Below are positions 58,601-64,000 of a stretch of DNA of 64,000 nt, piece by piece. Below the pieces are notes generated by a model. That model had not been told where the DNA came from. It was given only the letters and a program-made list of their open reading frames with translations, and ran no database searches. Position 1 is the stretch's first letter; every line of letters starts with the position of its first letter. The stretch comes from Setoptus koraiensis (Eukaryota > Animalia > Arthropoda): the NCBI GenBank assembly GCA_048013815.1, contig CM106586.1, positions 22,444,001 to 22,508,000 of the forward strand. The letters are read 5' to 3'. A program made the translations under genes and the position numbers.

Positions 58601-60693
58601 AACTAAAACGGATCTTATGCAATAATAATAGAGTAGCTTCCAAAACTGGGGTTATGATCATTATCGTGCTCTTGTAATGAATAATTAATGTGCGGCTATA
58701 TAACGATGCTATATAACGAGCACACGACAACAGCAGCAACAACAACAACAATATGCCAACGATGATGATCCCTGTTAGAGTCAGAATCAATTTTCAATCT
58801 CATTCATACTCCCACACACACACACACACACTGTTACGTAACAATACATCTGGTTATGACAGGGCCACAAGATATCAGCAGCCGTTGGCTGTATTTGCAT
58901 GATGGCATTAACCTTACTTAATTCTGCTGCTGCTGCTTTGCAATTGCCCATTCCCCATTATCGTCCGTTTGTTTGTGTATATATTCAGCCAAAGCGATGC
59001 AATCGCGCGGATTAAAACTGGGCAAAGTCACTCACTTGGATCCCATTGGATTGTGTTTCGGAAAACTGTTCTCTAAGCCGATTTACAGGTTACATCCAGA
59101 GGATGCTCACGAGACAAACGCAGTGCATGTGTCATTGAATTTATTTGATAATCCTCTGGACGGTGCTCAAAACAACTTTTTGGTTAACGGTGGCCGCGAT
59201 CAAATTGGTTGCACAGGTCAGTCTGAGGTGAAAAATTCAACCGCCAGCTCTGTTTCGCTACTGTGGGACAACGAGGGCAAATTTGTTCCGTGTAGCCACC
59301 TGAGAGCGCTGGCTCTGTACGAGGACGACATGGGCAAGACGTGCCAAATAGTTGGTTATACGTGCGCAAGTTACGAGCAATTTCTTCAGGGCAAATGTGG
59401 CAACTGTGGGCCCAACAACGAGCACTGTCGTCTCATGAGCTTGCCAGAGCCTCCAAAAGCGACCCAAAGAAACAATAAGCAGCTGCACAACGAGAGACCC
59501 ATTACGGGCGCCAATCACCACGGCTACGATGGTCAGCAACAGGTGACCTCGAACAACGGCGGCGGCGACAATAGTTGGAATCAGAAATATCATTATCATG
59601 GTTACGACGACGACGACGACGACGACGACGATGATGATATCACTCAGCATAATACTGACTCTATGGAGTCAGAACAAACCGACGAGGTGCCCAAGTTGAT
59701 GAACGAACACAAAATTGGCGACAGTCAAACGCTGAGTTATTTAGATCGCAAGAAGCAACAACAACATCATCAATTTGGCAATCCCATAGAGCTCAGTGTT
59801 TTTGCGCTACCCGGCACAAGCACACACTTAAACGAGCAAGATTTGCGCAACATTCAAGATGTAGCTAAACAAACGCTTGCGTCATTGGAGGATAATCAAC
59901 AAAATCAAGCGACAGCAAGCAAACAACCGACAACAGTTACCGCAGTGGCCATTGCAGAGAGTGTCCGACGACTGAAAAAGAGGCAGGCGACAATTGAACA
60001 ATTAGAAGGGCAAGAGGGCACGACGAGGGATCATGATGAAACGACAATGATTGCCAATGAACAACCGCACACCTCCGATCTGTTAGCAATGGAATCGCTG
60101 GATGCTATTGGTCAGATTTTGCCGGCACCATCCGCGAAATTGTCGACAATGGTGAACGGTGAAAATCATCCACTGCTCAATGGCATCAACGACACGGTCT
60201 ACAGTGACAGGATGACACTGTGGCCCTCAATAAAGTCATCTTCGTTCTTTCAAAACAGTCCCAAACTGACAGTGACAGTGCCAGAGTCTTTGCCCGATCT
60301 CATGAAACTAGATAGACACAAATTGCATTTGGATCTGAGCGCCATACCGACGTTGCTGAATGGCCCTTGGACGGCCTCTATAAATCTGCCCAAATTTTCG
60401 CTACCGGATATGGGCAGCGTTGGTTTCGGGGCCCCGAGTGTTCCTGCGCCACCAATGTCAAATTCGCCAGTGAACCATCAGCAACCAATGATAGAAAACG
60501 GGTTCAAGTCTGTGATATTGAGTGAGCCAAGTCAGGGACGTCTGTACTATGTTGGCACGGGTCCAATATCGACCTACTGCGTCAACTATTATCAATTCAA
60601 AGTGTTTATATCGGTCAATAGATTGCGAAGCAGCAACATGAGACAAAACAGCAAAATTATGCAACCCAGTTCGAGAGATGACGAACAAAACGA
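55680..60693 (+). CDS. Pancreatic-lipase-family protein 1. Exons 55680-57012, 57232-57348, 57701-57730, 57979-58002, 58989->60693 (runs into gap)
   Basis: TIILLHGY, VIIVDW, NYIRAAVNAQIVG, nucleophile motif HILAHSLG, LDPIG (Asp), NGG...C, CSH (His), CASYEQFLQGKC. All four introns are phase 1 with GT donors. Confidence 0.82.
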
Positions 60694-61193
60694 NNNNNNN
60701 NNNNNNNNNNNNNNNNNNNNNNNNNNNNNNNNNNNNNNNNNNNNNNNNNNNNNNNNNNNNNNNNNNNNNNNNNNNNNNNNNNNNNNNNNNNNNNNNNNNN
60801 NNNNNNNNNNNNNNNNNNNNNNNNNNNNNNNNNNNNNNNNNNNNNNNNNNNNNNNNNNNNNNNNNNNNNNNNNNNNNNNNNNNNNNNNNNNNNNNNNNNN
60901 NNNNNNNNNNNNNNNNNNNNNNNNNNNNNNNNNNNNNNNNNNNNNNNNNNNNNNNNNNNNNNNNNNNNNNNNNNNNNNNNNNNNNNNNNNNNNNNNNNNN
61001 NNNNNNNNNNNNNNNNNNNNNNNNNNNNNNNNNNNNNNNNNNNNNNNNNNNNNNNNNNNNNNNNNNNNNNNNNNNNNNNNNNNNNNNNNNNNNNNNNNNN
61101 NNNNNNNNNNNNNNNNNNNNNNNNNNNNNNNNNNNNNNNNNNNNNNNNNNNNNNNNNNNNNNNNNNNNNNNNNNNNNNNNNNNNNNNNNNNNN
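60694..61193. other. Assembly gap (500 N)
   Basis: Run of n characters. It probably hides the C-terminal domain of lipase 1. Confidence 1.
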
Positions 61194-61559
61194 GACGTGC
61201 TAGCTCACACACTAGCAGACACACATTTTCATGTATACAAACAATAAAAAGAGAGACACAGAGAATTGGACCTGATCCAATGTTGTCTAATCTACTGTTC
61301 TCATTAATTTTCACCTCTGTGCGCCTATCTGTTCCTTGTGTTACTTTGTGATGATTAATCAATGGTGATAAGCAATTATCTTTCAGACAATTAACACAAC
61401 AACGAGTGACTATGCGAGCAGGAACAATTGTATCCATCATCAGCATACAAGGTACGGTAGTTGTTGGCGGCAACAAATTTCATTGGGCTTGTTCGCAACA
61501 GGCGCAACAACATCAAAGAATCACTGAGAAAAAAGAATTGCCTCTGCGTACACTAGATC

Positions 61560-63734
61560 ATGATCGCATCAATCGGACTAGTGCTGGCAACAGCCACATT
61601 AATAGCGATCGTGACCGATGCTTCCAGCTTTACTAGGGGCCTGAGAATAGTAGCGCCAACGGTAGATCAGACAGTCAGGCCAATAGTAGGTGTAGTGAGA
61701 AGTGTTAGCAATCGCGCCCTTTCAGGCAATTTGTCTGATTTTTCGGCCGATAGCAAAACAACTCAATGTCCAGTGATACCAATAGTGGACATAGATCCCC
61801 ATAGTGTTCAACCTGATATTTATTTTTTCACCTCAAGCAACAGCGATAATAATAGCGAATACAATTATGATCAAAAGTTCTCATATAATGCCTCCAATCA
61901 ACAGTTGAGCAAGTCAAAATTCAATTCAAAATGGTTCACCTATTTTCTTGTGCACGGCTTTCTGGCCTCGTGGACGGATGATCCCTGGATGGTGGAAACG
62001 AAAGATTTGATATTCAACAAAACAAAACAAGTCAATGTGTTCATAATAGATTGGTCGTCCTGCTCTAAGCCATTGATTCCGGGCGATTATCCCCGTTCTG
62101 CGGCATGCACACACATTATCGGCGATCAGGTGGCACAATTTGTCAACAGATTAATTCGTGCAACAAACGCCAGACCGGAACAAATTGAATTCGTGGGTCA
62201 CTCGCTGGGCTCTCATATATCGGGCTTTGTGGGCAAGAACATCGAGGGAGATTTGGGTCGTATCACTGCCCTAGATCCGGCCGGCCCGTGTTTTGGTATG
62301 ATCAGTGCCACAAGCGACAATATGAGATTGAGCCGAGGCGATGCGTTAATTGTCACCGCATTGCACACGAACGCCTTCATATTTGGCATCAACGAAAATC
62401 TCGCCGATTTTGACATCTACATCAATGGTGGCGATTCGCAACCTGGCTGCCCATCGATAAAACAGTCATTCGCTGAATTGCTAACGCTTCAATTGGTATC
62501 GTTCGTCAAAGATTTCTCACTCACGTGCTCACATTCCTACTCGCACGATCTAATTACGCCAGATCTGGGCCAGTGCCAATCTGTGGCCTACCGATGTTCG
62601 TCCTATCGTTTGTTCAGGCTGGGCGAGTGTGGTCAGTGCGATCAAGAAAACGAAAATTGTCATCTGTCCTCACTAACGATTCAATCGGACAATGTGCGCT
62701 ATTATATGGCACCGGAAGAGCTTAGTTTGTTGCAGAGGCGCCGCCATCAATCAGTGGGACAGAACAATTGCACCGACACTGTTGACAACTCGGACAACAA
62801 CATCGACAATGCCGACGATTCGCAAGATGCCGATCTAAGTGAGGAATTCGAAGAATATGACCTAGTTGGACAACAGCAACAACAACAACAACAGCAAGAT
62901 GGCAGAGGCAACAACAATTCGGACAGCGGACAACAATCTCCGGGTCGGCCACTAGAGAATGACCGCAACGAGCGCAAAGAGCACCGGTATTACGTGAGAA
63001 CAACCTCTGATAGTCCGTATTGTTGTAAGTATGAATAGTCTTAATGGGCCACGCTTAAATGTAATGGCCACGTCATGCAACAATTACATAACTGATAATT
63101 ACATTATGCCAATTACTGTTCATCATTATACTGTACTGTCGTCACCATAACAGTGTATCACTACCAAATTATTATAGAACTGAAGGAGAGGATGACTCGC
63201 CACAATAAACCAATATATCACGTTGAGCTCATAAAGGAAGACACGAAAGCCACAAGTGATAATGGTGCGCATGACGATGGTGATGATGAAAATTTTAAGT
63301 CACGTATTGTGCAAGTGAAACATTTGGTTTCGTCGTGCTTTAGAAAAGAAAATTTATTTGGCGATCATGATGAAGCCATGACCGCATTGATTACATTCCC
63401 CTATGCTGATGCAAATTCAACAGACGAACAAACTTTGGCCTGTCCGATAAAATTCCAACAAATTAGATTGTTTACAGACGACAAAAGCCAACTGACTAAA
63501 GTGAAACAAGTTAAAATTAACTACATGAGCAGTATAGATTATGACACACGCCAATCTCTATCAAGTGTCTATCCTGTGCCCAAAGATCAATCACCTAGGA
63601 AAAGGAAACGTTCCACGGCGTCGTGGTCGCTCGGATTGTGCGCACAAAGCTTGCTGTCGCCATCTAATCAGGATGGATGCTACAGCGAGCAGCGTGAGAC
63701 CTTCTATGAAATGAGTTTGCATGCTCAACAATAA
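61560..63734 (+). CDS. Pancreatic-lipase-family protein 2. Exons 61560-63024 and 63154-63734
   Basis: Signal peptide MIASIGLVLATATLIAIVTDA. FLVHGF, VFIIDWS, GHSLG, RITALDPAGPCF, HTN, DIYINGGDSQPGC, CSH. A phase-1 intron (GTAAGT...CAG) joins YC|LYHYQIIIEL, which would begin a PLAT-like C-terminal domain. Confidence 0.9.
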
Positions 63735-64000
63735 TCATTATGATGATATCCGCTTTCATTCGAAATGCCTGAAATGAAATAAAAGATCGACACTTCATTA
63801 ATTGTACCCTTCACTATTCTGTTTTTTCTGTCATCGCTCGTCATTCCAGATTGTCGTTTAACTAAAACTCGAGATAACAATAAACGCTCGCTTAGGTGCC
63901 AGAGAATTTGAATTATAGAAAATTGCGAAACCATTATGCTGAATAAAAAGTGACAGTTGTATCTCGCTCTCTATTGATTGATGACGACACTATGCAAATA

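Noticed and set aside
58973-61476. ORFs spanning the N run (58973-61351+, 60592-61476-, 60678-61247+)
   Set aside because: Frame continuity across 500 Ns is arbitrary. Sequence after the gap cannot be assigned to lipase 1.
1-64000. tRNA, rRNA or snRNA genes
   Set aside because: None recognised by eye. A covariance-model scan (tRNAscan-SE, Infernal/Rfam) would be needed to exclude them.

Overview
Eukaryotic (metazoan) genomic DNA with short GT-AG introns and proteins heavily padded with polyQ/N/S tracts. An arthropod, possibly a compact-genome mite, is my inference only. Left to right: (1) a minus-strand TANC/rolling-pebbles gene (P-loop NTPase + ankyrin repeats, one ~8.5-kb exon) running off the left edge; (2) ~16 kb of apparently non-coding DNA rich in GGGCCC motifs and short tandem arrays; (3) an intact 7.1-kb Ty3/gypsy LTR retrotransposon (26070-33201, minus strand, 245-bp LTRs, 4-bp TSD GTGC). 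It has a single gag-pol ORF plus a non-env third ORF (Zn-knuckle + coiled coil + ubiquitin-like fold), and the same small hairpin sits at the end of both ORFs; (4) a ~350-bp near-perfect fold-back next to a possible decayed reading frame; (5) an intronless secreted orphan protein with Pro/Trp repeats; (6) 6-pyruvoyl-tetrahydropterin synthase; (7) a three-exon cationic amino acid transporter; (8) an ANKS1/caskin-family ankyrin protein with no clear SAM/PTB/SH3 domain; (9) two tandem pancreatic-lipase-family genes separated by a 500-N gap. In the first lipase the catalytic-serine region is reconstructed on two symmetric microexons (30 and 24 nt). All exon structures were reconstructed by eye from splice signals and family motifs, with no transcript evidence.
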